A stretch of 64,000 bases of DNA from Candidatus Fermentibacteraceae bacterium (GTDB taxonomy: Bacteria; Fermentibacterota; Fermentibacteria; Fermentibacterales; JCC-6): the NCBI GenBank assembly GCA_041750285.1, contig JBGSZS010000007.1, positions 192,001 through 256,000 on the forward strand. Reading direction: 5' to 3'. A program made the position numbers and the translations under genes. Shown here piece after piece: positions 28,765 to 37,873 of this stretch; position 1 is the first letter of the stretch, and the number at the start of each line of letters is the position of its first letter. The notes beneath the pieces were generated by a model, which saw only the letters and a program-made list of their open reading frames with translations, was not told the origin of the DNA and did no database searches.

Positions 28765-30178
28765 TCCCAAACGGGTCGTGATCCTGGGCGGAGGCCCCGC
28801 CGGCCTCTGGACGGCCCTTGACCTTCTCCGTCTGCATCCGGGGCTGAGCGTAACCATCCTTGAAAGGGAAGAAATGCCGGGCGGCATTGCCGCAAGCTTC
28901 AAGGCCCACGGGCTCACATGGGACCTGGGCAGCCACAGGCTGCACCCGGCGGCATCGCCCGGAGTGATCGGTGACGTCAGGGGGCTGCCCGGCACGAACC
29001 TTCTCAAACGTCCCAGGAACGGCAGGATCCTTCTCGAGGGAAGGTTTCTCGGATTTCCTCTGTCCCCCGCCGACATGGCCAGACACCTTCCTCCATCCTT
29101 TGCACTTGGAGTGCTTGTCGACGCTCTGGGCGCTCCCTTCCGGAGCCGGCCCGGGGCAGACGCGACTTTCGGGGCAATAATGATGGCGGGCCTTGGAAAA
29201 ACGATCTGCCGCAGGTTCTATTTCCCCTACGCCGAGAAACTCTGGGGAATCCCCCCTGACGCGCTTGACGGCGAACAGGCCCGCAGAAGGGTATCGGCTG
29301 GAAACCTGGGAAGGATGTTTGGAAAACTCCTCCCCGCAAGGCGTTCCGGGATCGACAGAAGGTCGTTCCATTATCCCGCGGGGGGGTTCGGCTCCATCTT
29401 CGCAGCGGCTGCCCGGAAGTTTGAATCACTGGGAGGAACGCTTCTTAAGGGCGCGTTGGTCCGAAGTGTCACCCCTCCGACCTCCAAGGCAGCAGGACTT
29501 CTCGGGTATGAAAGGGCGCACGAAGACGCAACCCTTCCGGCGGACTTCATCTTTTCGACAATACCGGTCACCGACCTTGTTGCAGCCCTGGGCACAGTGG
29601 TCCCCGGCGATGTCAGGGCAGCAGCCTCATCGCTCTCGTACCGGTCCATGGTGCTTTGCTTTCTGGTGCTTGATTCGCCGCAGTTTTCCGTGTACGACGC
29701 CCATTACTTCCCGGGCCCGGAAACCCGCTTCTCCAGGGTCTCGGAACGGCAGAACTACGATGAAAGCAGGGAATCTCCCGGTTCAACCGGTCTTTGTCTG
29801 GAGATTCCCTGCTTCAGGTCCGACCCCCTCTGGTCGATGGACGACAGAGGGATACTCGGCATGGCCCTTCAAGACCTTTCAATCTCAGGCCTTCCGGTTT
29901 CCGGGGTGAAGTCCTTCTTCACGCGGAGGATCACCGAGGCTTACCCATCCTACCCTGCGGGGTGGCACCTGCACTTCGGGGCGATCGACAGCTGGCTGAC
30001 GGGGCTTTCCGGGCTGGTGACCCTTGGGCGGCAGGGGCTGTTCGTTCATGACAACACGCACCACGCGATGGAGATGGGCGCCCTGGCGGCCCGGTGTTTC
30101 GATCCCGCGGGCGGCTGGGATCGGGATGGATGGTCGGAGGCCAGGAGGCTTTTCAGGAAGAACGTGGTGGAGGACTGA
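28757..30178 (+). CDS. FAD-dependent oxidoreductase (protoporphyrinogen oxidase / UDP-galactopyranose mutase-like fold)
   Basis: GGGPAG, GGIAAS, DLGSHRL, PYAEKLWG, FHYPAGGFG, GRQGLFVHDNTHHAM. Confidence 0.82.
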   Translation: MGDPKRVVILGGGPAGLWTALDLLRLHPGLSVTILEREEMPGGIAASFKAHGLTWDLGSHRLHPAASPGVIGDVRGLPGTNLLKRPRNGRILLEGRFLGFPLSPADMARHLPPSFALGVLVDALGAPFRSRPGADATFGAIMMAGLGKTICRRFYFPYAEKLWGIPPDALDGEQARRRVSAGNLGRMFGKLLPARRSGIDRRSFHYPAGGFGSIFAAAARKFESLGGTLLKGALVRSVTPPTSKAAGLLGYERAHEDATLPADFIFSTIPVTDLVAALGTVVPGDVRAAASSLSYRSMVLCFLVLDSPQFSVYDAHYFPGPETRFSRVSERQNYDESRESPGSTGLCLEIPCFRSDPLWSMDDRGILGMALQDLSISGLPVSGVKSFFTRRITEAYPSYPAGWHLHFGAIDSWLTGLSGLVTLGRQGLFVHDNTHHAMEMGALAARCFDPAGGWDRDGWSEARRLFRKNVVED

Positions 30179-30200
30179 TTGTCCCGCCCAGTGGCGTCCC

Positions 30201-30209
30201 TGTTATAAT
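30201..30209 (+). promoter_or_regulatory. extended -10 promoter element
   Basis: TGtTATAAT ending about 35 nt upstream of ATG 30244. Confidence 0.45.
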
Positions 30210-30243
30210 CCGCATCATGACTCACATATCGATAGGGGAACCC

Positions 30244-31815
30244 ATGACCGACAAACGGGCCGGGTTTGCCGTCTGCCTTCTGGCGGTGGCCCTCATGGCG
30301 GTTCTTTCCGCCCTGTCCTTCCAGAAAAGCCTCACCGGCGACGAAGCCCTGACCGTCGCGCTGGCCCGTGGAGACTTCAATCGGATGGTCGACACCGTGG
30401 CACGTGAAAGCCACGTGCCCGGCTATCATGTGCTGCTCTGGCTCTGGATCCGCGCCTTCGGGGCAGGTCTTCCCGTTCTGAGGCTCTTCGCATTCATTCC
30501 CGTCGGCATCCTTGTTCTTGCAGGCTGCAGGTGTTTTCCCCGCTACGGTTACCTGGTGCTTTCCACAAGCCCATTCCTGCTGCATCTGGCCGTCGAGATC
30601 AGGATGTACGGTCTCCTTGCCCTTGTTGGCATGGGCATCCTGCTGACCCTGAGAAGCCTTGCCGGAAGGTTCACCGCCCGGGGGTTCGCGGCGCTTGCGG
30701 CTTCCTGCGTGGCGGGGGTCTGGACCCTTCATTTCGCATGGCTTGCCGTGGCAGCTTCGCTGGCGGTCCTCATACGGCTGAAAAGGCCGCTTCACGCATT
30801 GATCCTTGCCGTGATCGTTCTTGCGTCGTTCTCCCCATGGGCGCCCAACATGGTCAGGCAGTTCCACAGGTTCAGCCCCGGGGGCGAAAGCGGTGAATTC
30901 CAGATGTTCGAACTGGCAAGCCCGACCCAGAGGGTTCTCGGGGCGCCCTTTTCGATTGCCGGCACCCTGCTCCGGTTCGCTGCGGGAAACGGCGCTTTCC
31001 GGTTCAGCCTCTTTTCCCTGGGGACGCTCTCCCCCTGGGTCGCCGCGGGTTTTCTGCTTCTGGCGCTGACTCTCATCACGGCCTTTCTCGGCAGGCGTTA
31101 TCCTGGCTTCGGGGGATGGCTCCTTCTCCTCTTCGTCATGGTGCCGGTGAGCTTCCTCAGACCCAGCGCCAGACACTTTTCCCTTGCATATCCCGTGTTC
31201 GCGGCAATGGTCGCCTCGGGCATCTCCGGAGAAGGCTCTCTCAGAAGGGTTTTGAGGGTTTCCGTGCCGTTTTTGTCACTGGTGATGTGCGTTCCCTTCG
31301 TGACAAGGTCCACACTTCCGCAGCGCTGCACGTTCGACCGGGATTTCCGCGAGGCGGCCAGAATTGCGGGTGAAGCCGCGCAGGAAGGGAACGGAAGGCT
31401 TGTGGCCTACCTCGACACCCATTCGCTGTTGTGCGTCCAGTACCACCTCGACGAACAGGGCTTTTCCGGCGTGGAGCTCATCCACCCGCACATGGCGAGG
31501 CACTCTTCCGGATGGCTCATCTACTTCGAACCCGAAGACCTTGTGGCATTCCTGCTTTCCGATACCGATTCACTGGTTGCCACCTGGGGCACAGATTTCA
31601 TCCTGCTCGCCAACGACCCCCGGCTGGCCAGGGGTCCCCTTTTCGGCACCGGCAACACACTGATCGGCAGGGGCAGCGACATGATCGCGGATGTCGATCT
31701 GATGGAGTGTCTTGAGAAGCGTTTCATTCTGGAGAGGATCGCCCTCCCGGGAAGCCGGGGTCCCCTTTCCCTCTTTCGAGTCACCGGTTCCGGTGAGCAG
31801 CAAGGGAGTCCGTAA
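30244..31815 (+). CDS. multi-pass GT-C (mannosyltransferase/ArnT-like) glycosyltransferase
   Basis: KSLTGDEA, ESHVPGYH, EIRMYGL motifs; many TM helices; periplasmic C-terminus. Confidence 0.7.
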   Translation: MTDKRAGFAVCLLAVALMAVLSALSFQKSLTGDEALTVALARGDFNRMVDTVARESHVPGYHVLLWLWIRAFGAGLPVLRLFAFIPVGILVLAGCRCFPRYGYLVLSTSPFLLHLAVEIRMYGLLALVGMGILLTLRSLAGRFTARGFAALAASCVAGVWTLHFAWLAVAASLAVLIRLKRPLHALILAVIVLASFSPWAPNMVRQFHRFSPGGESGEFQMFELASPTQRVLGAPFSIAGTLLRFAAGNGAFRFSLFSLGTLSPWVAAGFLLLALTLITAFLGRRYPGFGGWLLLLFVMVPVSFLRPSARHFSLAYPVFAAMVASGISGEGSLRRVLRVSVPFLSLVMCVPFVTRSTLPQRCTFDRDFREAARIAGEAAQEGNGRLVAYLDTHSLLCVQYHLDEQGFSGVELIHPHMARHSSGWLIYFEPEDLVAFLLSDTDSLVATWGTDFILLANDPRLARGPLFGTGNTLIGRGSDMIADVDLMECLEKRFILERIALPGSRGPLSLFRVTGSGEQQGSP

Positions 31816-32345
31816 TGACGAGTGAAGAGAGAACCGTGATCATCGGCCTTCTGAACAAAGCCAGGGCCATGGAGCTTCACGCCATCTCGCAGTACATGAA
31901 CCAGCACTACAACCTCGACGACATGGACTACGGCCTTCCGGCCGGCAAGGTGAAGCTCATCGCCATCGACGAGATGCGGCACGCGGAAGCATTCGCGGAG
32001 AGGATCAAGGAGCTGGGAGGTGAACCCCTGACCGACAGGGCCGCCAAGGTGCAGCACGGACAGGAGGTCGAGGTCATCTTCGGATTCGATGCCGGCCTCG
32101 AGGAAGACACGATCACCGCCTACAGCCATTTTCTGGCGAAGTGCCGCGAGGCTGGCGACAGCATCACTGCCGGGATATTCGAGACGGTCATAGCGGAGGA
32201 ACAGATACACCTCAACTTCTTCGAAAACGAGAAGAAACACATCGGCAAACTCGGGGCGGCCTACCTTGCCACATGGGCCGGAACGTCATCGGCGACCGGT
32301 CTGCCCGCAGCGCTGGGATACGTTGCCACCCGGGGCGGGGAGTAG
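31815..32345 (+). CDS. bfr: bacterioferritin
   Basis: ELHAISQY, IDEMRHAE..ERIKELGGEP, EEQIH ferroxidase ligands; the Met of DEMRH is the putative heme ligand. Confidence 0.88.
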   Translation: MTSEERTVIIGLLNKARAMELHAISQYMNQHYNLDDMDYGLPAGKVKLIAIDEMRHAEAFAERIKELGGEPLTDRAAKVQHGQEVEVIFGFDAGLEEDTITAYSHFLAKCREAGDSITAGIFETVIAEEQIHLNFFENEKKHIGKLGAAYLATWAGTSSATGLPAALGYVATRGGE

Positions 32346-32350
32346 GCACC

Positions 32351-32788
32351 ATCGGGCGGTTCCTTCTGTCCGCAGCGGGTGTTGTCCTGCTCGGAGCCGG
32401 GGTGCTGGGGGTCTTTCTTCCCCTGCTGCCGACCACTCCATTTCTACTCCTCGCGGCGGCGTGCTTCGTAAGGAGCTCGGACAGGCTCTACTCATCCCTC
32501 ATGAGTCACCGCCTTCTCGGGCCGTACATCAGGAACTACCGTGAACACAGGTCGATAAGCAGGCGCGCCCTCGCATCCACCCTGGCATTCCTGTGGGCCA
32601 CACTTGCGGTATCGGCGTTTCTCGCTCCGTCAACTACTCCTGCGAGGCTGGTGCTGCTCGGGGTGGGTATCGGCGTAACGACGCACCTGCTCCGCCTGAA
32701 AAGACGCCCCGGCACTTGCGGCGGTACGGGAAGCGAAGCAATAATCGGGCATGGAAAGGGAGGAAACCGTAACAGGGACCATGAGTGA
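32351..32788 (+). CDS. ybaN: YbaN / DUF454 inner membrane protein
   Basis: GVFLPLLPTTPFLLLAAACFVRSSDRL..LGPYIRNY; start unclear (ATC 32351 or ATG 32273). Confidence 0.82.
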   Translation: MGRFLLSAAGVVLLGAGVLGVFLPLLPTTPFLLLAAACFVRSSDRLYSSLMSHRLLGPYIRNYREHRSISRRALASTLAFLWATLAVSAFLAPSTTPARLVLLGVGIGVTTHLLRLKRRPGTCGGTGSEAIIGHGKGGNRNRDHE

Positions 32789-32876
32789 ATCAGACCAACC
32801 CCCTCCGGGCAGTTTAGAGATTTTTGGGACCATTTTGACTTACCCTCTCTTCGGGCATTCTTCCCCGGGATCCTGA
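32751..32876 (+). CDS. putative mgtE leader peptide (uORF)
   Basis: In-frame ATGs at 32751 and 32781: MEREETVTGTMSESDQPPPGSLEIFGTILTYPLFGHSSPGS*; stop 57 nt before the mgtE start. Confidence 0.4.
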   Translation: MEREETVTGTMSESDQPPPGSLEIFGTILTYPLFGHSSPGS

Positions 32877-32933
32877 CGATCCAACGGTTCGTCTCCACCC
32901 GGGGCCTGTCCGGGTGAAAGGAGGCGAACCCAG

Positions 32934-34310
32934 GTGAACCCCTTCGATGCCGATGTGCTGCGGGATCTTCTGGCCAGGGCCGACTATCCATCCATAGCCG
33001 TGCTGTGCGCGGAAAGCCATCCCGCAACCGCTGCCGATGTTCTCGAGGGTCTCTCACCCGAGCAGGTCCGCAACATACTCAGGCACCTCGAAGACGAGTT
33101 GCGCGCCGATATTTTCACCCATTTCAGCATTGATTTTCAGGTAGACATGATAACCCTGCTGAAACGCAGGGAGGTCGCGCGTCTCATGACGGACATGCCG
33201 CCCGACGACAGGGCAGACCTTTTCAAAAGCCTTCCGGAGGACCGCCGGCAGGTAATCCTTCCGGCGATGGCCCAGGCTGAGCGGGAGGACATCAGAAGGC
33301 TTACCGCCTACGAGGAGGGAACTGCCGGGGCGGTCATGACCTCGGACTACGCATCGCTTCAGCCCGACCTCACGGCCTCCGAGGCCATAGAGCGCCTCAG
33401 GGAGATAGCGCCCGACCGGGAAACGATCTACACGGCGTTCGTGGTGGACGGGCACAGGAAGCTTCTCGGGCACGTTTCTCTCAAGGACCTCATCGTGGCC
33501 CGCCGGGAGAAGCTGGTCGGCGACATAATGGAAACCGAGGTCATTTCAGCCCGGGTGTGCGACGACAGGGAGGAGGCTGCCCGCAAGATCCAGAAGTACG
33601 ACCTCATAGCCCTTCCGGTTGTGGACAGCTCCGACGCCCTCGTAGGGATAGTCACCCACGATGATGCTCTGGACATCATCACCCAGGAGCACACCGAGGA
33701 CATGGAGAAGTTCATGGCCATCGCGGGAAGCCACGATGCCGGGGCCTACCTGAGAACCAGCCCCCTCGAGCATTTCAGGAACAGGGTTTTCTGGGTGACG
33801 GGGCTGGCGGTCCTCGGGCTTGTCTCGGGGTTCGTCATCCAGGGCTTCCAGGGGCTGCTTCTGCAGTTCGCGATCCTGGCCACGTTCATACCCATGCTTG
33901 CGGGTGCCGGCGGCAACACCGGCAGCCAGGCGGCAACCCTCGTCATAAGGGCGCTGTCGCTGAAGGAGCTGAGTTACCGGGACGTCGGCAGGATACTCTG
34001 GAAGGAGTTCAGGGTCGCCCTGATGCTGGGGGTGCTGCTGGGACTGGTCGCGTACGCCAGGGTCATGCTGATCGGGGGAGGGGCGTCGATCCCCGCAGGC
34101 TTCACACTTCACCAGATAGGCTCCGCCATTGCGCTTGCCCTTGCACTGCAAGTCGTTACGTCAACGTTGGCCGGCGCCATGCTTCCCCTCGGGGCATCGA
34201 GACTGAAACTGGATCCGGCCGTTGTAGCGAGCCCTGTTCTGGCTTCCTTTGTGGACATCACCGGAGTGGTCATCTACTTCATGACGGTCAAGCTGATTCT
34301 GGGGATATGA
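32934..34310 (+). CDS. mgtE: magnesium transporter MgtE
   Basis: MPPDDRADL, YEEGTAGAVMT, CBS pair, GGNTGSQ, DPAVVASP, VDITG; SD AAAGGAGG. Confidence 0.95.
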   Translation: MNPFDADVLRDLLARADYPSIAVLCAESHPATAADVLEGLSPEQVRNILRHLEDELRADIFTHFSIDFQVDMITLLKRREVARLMTDMPPDDRADLFKSLPEDRRQVILPAMAQAEREDIRRLTAYEEGTAGAVMTSDYASLQPDLTASEAIERLREIAPDRETIYTAFVVDGHRKLLGHVSLKDLIVARREKLVGDIMETEVISARVCDDREEAARKIQKYDLIALPVVDSSDALVGIVTHDDALDIITQEHTEDMEKFMAIAGSHDAGAYLRTSPLEHFRNRVFWVTGLAVLGLVSGFVIQGFQGLLLQFAILATFIPMLAGAGGNTGSQAATLVIRALSLKELSYRDVGRILWKEFRVALMLGVLLGLVAYARVMLIGGGASIPAGFTLHQIGSAIALALALQVVTSTLAGAMLPLGASRLKLDPAVVASPVLASFVDITGVVIYFMTVKLILGI

Positions 34311-34328
34311 GCGAGCCCGCAGGATGAG

Positions 34329-35021
34329 CTACACGAGCCTGAGCAACAGATAGACCCCACCCAGGGAAACAAGGACGCCCGAAACGGTCCGAAGCAGTTT
34401 CGCGGTCGTGCTCTGACCCGACCAGTCCACCACCCGCTGGATCCGCCCCGCGAAAGCGCCCATCAGAAGAACCACACCGGCATGTCCCACCGCGAACGCA
34501 AGGCCCAGGATCATGGCCTTCGCAGTTGAATCGAGGCTGAACATGACGGCAAGCACGGGGGCCATGAAGGCGAAGGTGCAGGGACCCAGGGCGGCGCCGA
34601 AAACCATTCCAAGAAGCAGGGCGGGGGAGCCGGCGCCCACACCGCCTTTGTTCAATCCGGGAACGGGCAGCTGGAAGAGCCCCGCGATCGAGAGACCCAC
34701 AACGACGAGGATCACGGCCAAAATACCCTCACCAAGCGGACCCACATCACCGGCCAGCCTGCCCAGAAGGTTCGTCACAACACCGATCACTCCGATGGAG
34801 ACTGTCATCCCGAGGGCAAACAGAGCAGCGACCTTCATCGGCACGGCTCTCCCCGCATCGATCCCCCGGCTTCGCATGATGCACCCGAAAACGAGGGGAA
34901 TGCTCACGAGGTGGCAGGGACTGAGGACCATGCTGAGTACTCCCCAGACGAATGCGGCTGCCACGGCGAGGGTTGGCGAGGTGGAAAGGGCATCGTTGAG
35001 CGCGGTGAGGAAAGACCCCAC
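34329..35021 (-). CDS. ccdA: CcdA/DsbD-type transmembrane electron transporter
   Basis: LSPCH and LGPCT redox Cys in a hydrophobic ~6-TM protein. Confidence 0.82.
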   Translation of the reverse strand: MGSFLTALNDALSTSPTLAVAAAFVWGVLSMVLSPCHLVSIPLVFGCIMRSRGIDAGRAVPMKVAALFALGMTVSIGVIGVVTNLLGRLAGDVGPLGEGILAVILVVVGLSIAGLFQLPVPGLNKGGVGAGSPALLLGMVFGAALGPCTFAFMAPVLAVMFSLDSTAKAMILGLAFAVGHAGVVLLMGAFAGRIQRVVDWSGQSTTAKLLRTVSGVLVSLGGVYLLLRLV

Positions 35022-35022
35022 C

Positions 35023-35406
35023 TCAGACGCCGTCTTCGTTCAGATAGCCGTGCTCCCTGAAGATCCCGAGCATGCCTTCGGCATCGATGTAGCCCTCGTG
35101 CCTGGCCAGCTCGACCCCCTCGGGCGAGAAGAATATCTGGGTGGGGATTATCCTGATGCGATAGTCTGATGCTGCGCTGCGATCCTGGTTGACGTCAATG
35201 AACACCACTTCGAGCGAACCCTCCATGGTGGTCCTGAGGTGTTCCAGCTCCGGTTGCATCATCCTGCACGGTACGCATGACTCCGAACCAAGGTCCACGA
35301 GCCTGGGAAGACCGGAACCGATTGCGGCAGCCTCGTTCTCAGCAGCTTCGGGCCTTGAGCATGAAGCAATGAGAATGATGAAGAGCATGGTTATTGTCAG
35401 CCTCAT
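35023..35406 (-). CDS. thioredoxin-family lipoprotein
   Basis: Lipobox IASC; DLGSESCVPC; IRIIPTQIFF..RHEG. Confidence 0.88.
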   Translation of the reverse strand: MRLTITMLFIILIASCSRPEAAENEAAAIGSGLPRLVDLGSESCVPCRMMQPELEHLRTTMEGSLEVVFIDVNQDRSAASDYRIRIIPTQIFFSPEGVELARHEGYIDAEGMLGIFREHGYLNEDGV

Positions 35407-35636
35407 CTGGACAGCATCTCCTTCAGCTCCGCCTCACCGGGCAGCCTGCCGGCGAGGACCACTTTGCCGTCAATGGCCAGTGCCGGTGTGGACATCACGC
35501 CCATGGCCATTATGTCGTTGATCCTTGAAACCTTCTCGATCGAGTAGTCGAGTTTCAGCTCGTCCGCAGCCTTTGTGGCCATCTCTTCAAGTTTTTTGCA
35601 CTTGGGGCAACCCGTGCCCAGGACCTGTATCTTCAT
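35403..35636 (-). CDS. small redox-active disulfide protein (MTH895-like thioredoxin)
   Basis: MKIQVLGTGCPKC..GVMSTPALAIDG. Confidence 0.92.
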   Translation of the reverse strand: MKIQVLGTGCPKCKKLEEMATKAADELKLDYSIEKVSRINDIMAMGVMSTPALAIDGKVVLAGRLPGEAELKEMLSR

Positions 35637-35637
35637 C

Positions 35638-36939
35638 TTACGCCTCCGGGAAGAACATGCCGAAGAGAACGCCGCTTACAGCGGCCATGAACACCACGAG
35701 TGATACGAAGGTGACAGTCTTTCTGGTTCCCAGGACTGTCCTGATCACCAGCATGTTGGGGAGCGACAGGGCAGGCCCGGCGAGAAGCAGGGCAAGCGCC
35801 GGCCCCCTTCCCATGCCCGAACCGATAAGTCCCTGGACAATGGGAATCTCGGTGAGGGTTGCGAAGTACATGAACGCGCCTGCAACCGATGCGAGCAGGT
35901 TGGCCCTGATGGAGTTGCCACCGACGGCTGCTTCGACCCATTCCGATGGGATCCATCCCTCGTGCCCGGGCCTTCCCAGAAGGGCTCCCGCAACGATCAC
36001 GCCTGCGAAGAGCAGGGGGAGAATCAGCTTCGCGAAACCCCAGGTTTCGTCCGCCCATCTGCTTCCCTCACCCTTGCTTGTGGCCAGCGCCCATGCGAAA
36101 GTGACGATGCCGAGGCCGAAGGAGGCCTGCGCTCCCGCGTGGAACAGGGCGGCCATTCCTGCGACCAGTGCCACAAGAAGCATCTTCCAGACCCTCACTC
36201 CGAGCCAGAGCACCGCCGCAACCCCGGTAACCGCAGCGAACACCGAGGTGATGACCCATTTCCACGCCCATACCGTGTGCCAGAGGCCGGTCGCGTTTTC
36301 CGGAGCGCTCCAGTTCGCGAAAACAAGGAGCCCCACAAGGGAGGCGAATACAAGAACCCTCTGAATGAGCGGCTGTGTGTCTTCCACGTCGTCGAATGCG
36401 AAACCCGCGCTGCGCGCCGTCTCCTCCTTCCGGAAGATCAGATGCATGAGAAGGCCGATCACGACGCTGAACAGCACGGCCCCAACTGCCCTGGCAACGC
36501 CCAGCTCGATTCCGAGCACCCTGGCCGACAGGATTATTGCAAGAACGTTTATCGCAGGCCCGGCGTAAAGGAAGGCCGATGCCGGACCAAGACCCGCGCC
36601 CATGCGGTATATGCCCGCGAAGAGGGGCAGGACGGTGCAGGAGCAGACCGCCAGCACGGTTCCGGAAATGGAAGCCACGCCATAGGCAACAGCCTTTTTG
36701 GCCTTTGGTCCCAGGTACTTCATCACCGCCTCCTTCTTAAGGAAGACGGCAAGTCCGCCGGCGATGAAAAGGGCCGGCAGCAGACAAAGGACAACGTGCT
36801 CCCTTGCATACTCGTGCAGAAGGTGGAACGATTCGGTCACACCACCCCAGAAGCGGTCGGATGAAAGTGGCATGTGGTACGCCCCCGCGAAGACCAGAAG
36901 CATCAGAAGCAGGGTTTTCCAGTCCGCCCTGAAGCTCAT
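35638..36939 (-). CDS. ArsP / DUF318-family permease
   Basis: EHVVLCLLPA, LAVCSCTVLPLFAG, GPAIN, YFATLTEIP, GPALSLP; ATG 36939 overlaps the ArsR stop. Confidence 0.88.
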   Translation of the reverse strand: MSFRADWKTLLLMLLVFAGAYHMPLSSDRFWGGVTESFHLLHEYAREHVVLCLLPALFIAGGLAVFLKKEAVMKYLGPKAKKAVAYGVASISGTVLAVCSCTVLPLFAGIYRMGAGLGPASAFLYAGPAINVLAIILSARVLGIELGVARAVGAVLFSVVIGLLMHLIFRKEETARSAGFAFDDVEDTQPLIQRVLVFASLVGLLVFANWSAPENATGLWHTVWAWKWVITSVFAAVTGVAAVLWLGVRVWKMLLVALVAGMAALFHAGAQASFGLGIVTFAWALATSKGEGSRWADETWGFAKLILPLLFAGVIVAGALLGRPGHEGWIPSEWVEAAVGGNSIRANLLASVAGAFMYFATLTEIPIVQGLIGSGMGRGPALALLLAGPALSLPNMLVIRTVLGTRKTVTFVSLVVFMAAVSGVLFGMFFPEA

Positions 36940-37241
36940 CGGCAGCCCCCGCATGTCTCGGAGAGGACCTGCTCCACGCACTTGAGGAAACTGGTAAGGC
37001 AGGGCGTCAGAAGCCTGTAGAACACTTTGTTGGCGTCTTTGCGGGAATCGATTATCCCTGCGTTCCGAAGCACGCCGAGGTGGCGGGAAACTGTTGAAAT
37101 ATCGGAACCCACGATCGCTGTGAGTTCCGTGACGGTTTTCTCACCCTGCTCCAAAGCTTCCACAATGAGCAGCCTGGAAGGGTGGGCAAGGGAAGAGATC
37201 ACCCTGGCCCTGAGTTTGAGTGATTCCGTATCCGATGGCAT
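36936..37241 (-). CDS. ArsR/SmtB-family metalloregulator
   Basis: LAHPSRLLI..STVSRHLGVLRNAG..VFYRL; Cys-rich tail PC..KC..CGGC; ATG 37241 after GGAGG. Confidence 0.9.
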   Translation of the reverse strand: MPSDTESLKLRARVISSLAHPSRLLIVEALEQGEKTVTELTAIVGSDISTVSRHLGVLRNAGIIDSRKDANKVFYRLLTPCLTSFLKCVEQVLSETCGGCR

Positions 37242-37254
37242 TCGAACCTCCGAT

Positions 37255-37296
37255 GACAGTGTGTTTGCAATATAGGCCAAACACCCAAACTGTCAA
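37255..37296 (-). promoter_or_regulatory. sigma70 promoter with overlapping inverted-repeat operator (putative ArsR site)
   Basis: TTGACA (37296-37291), 16 nt, TATATT (37274-37269); inverted repeat GTGTTTG-N10-CAAACAC (37261-37284) flanked by GACAGT/ACTGTC. Confidence 0.7.
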
Positions 37297-37312
37297 TCGG
37301 AGACTTTCGCCG

Positions 37313-37873
37313 CTACTTCCGCTTGATGATGCTTTTCCAGCCGGTCTGGGCAAGAACCGGGGGGACCCTGCCGCTCCCCAGCGTTCCCACCGGTTCTGTC
37401 ACGAAGAACACGTCGGGGTCGATCAACCTCACCTGCTGCATTATGGGCCGGAACTCCCGCCTGGGGCAGACCGTGTAAAGTTCCGTCACCGTGCCTGTCA
37501 TGCCCCTTCCCTCGAACTCGGTCACCGGGAAGCCCATCTTCCTTATGTGCGCGGCGAGTTCGACGGCCGATTCCCTGGCGATTATCTTGATGACGATGGC
37601 GCCCATTGCAATGCGGCGTTCGATCATTATGCCCACCACGTTCCCCGTGGCGAACCCAAGCGCGTAGAAAACGGCAATGGCGGGGTTGTCCCTTACGTGG
37701 GCGATGACCGTGGAGATGACGCCGAGCCAGATGCTGATCTCGACAAAACCTAGAAGGAACGCCAGCAGGGTCCTGCCCTGAACGATGCTGATGGTGCGCA
37801 TGGTTCCAAGAGAAACATCGAGAACCCTGGCCGCGAAGACCATCAGGCCGGTCAGAAGGATGGCGGTTGTCAC
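37313..37873 (-). CDS. UPF0316 (DUF2179/DUF5698) membrane protein
   Basis: ARVLDVSLGTMRTI..GFVEISIW..YALGFATGNVVG..GFPVT..GRG. Confidence 0.85.
   Translation of the reverse strand: MTTAILLTGLMVFAARVLDVSLGTMRTISIVQGRTLLAFLLGFVEISIWLGVISTVIAHVRDNPAIAVFYALGFATGNVVGIMIERRIAMGAIVIKIIARESAVELAAHIRKMGFPVTEFEGRGMTGTVTELYTVCPRREFRPIMQQVRLIDPDVFFVTEPVGTLGSGRVPPVLAQTGWKSIIKRK

Noticed and set aside
32789..32933. M-box (ykoK) riboswitch before mgtE
   Set aside because: I could not recognise its conserved blocks; a covariance search would settle it
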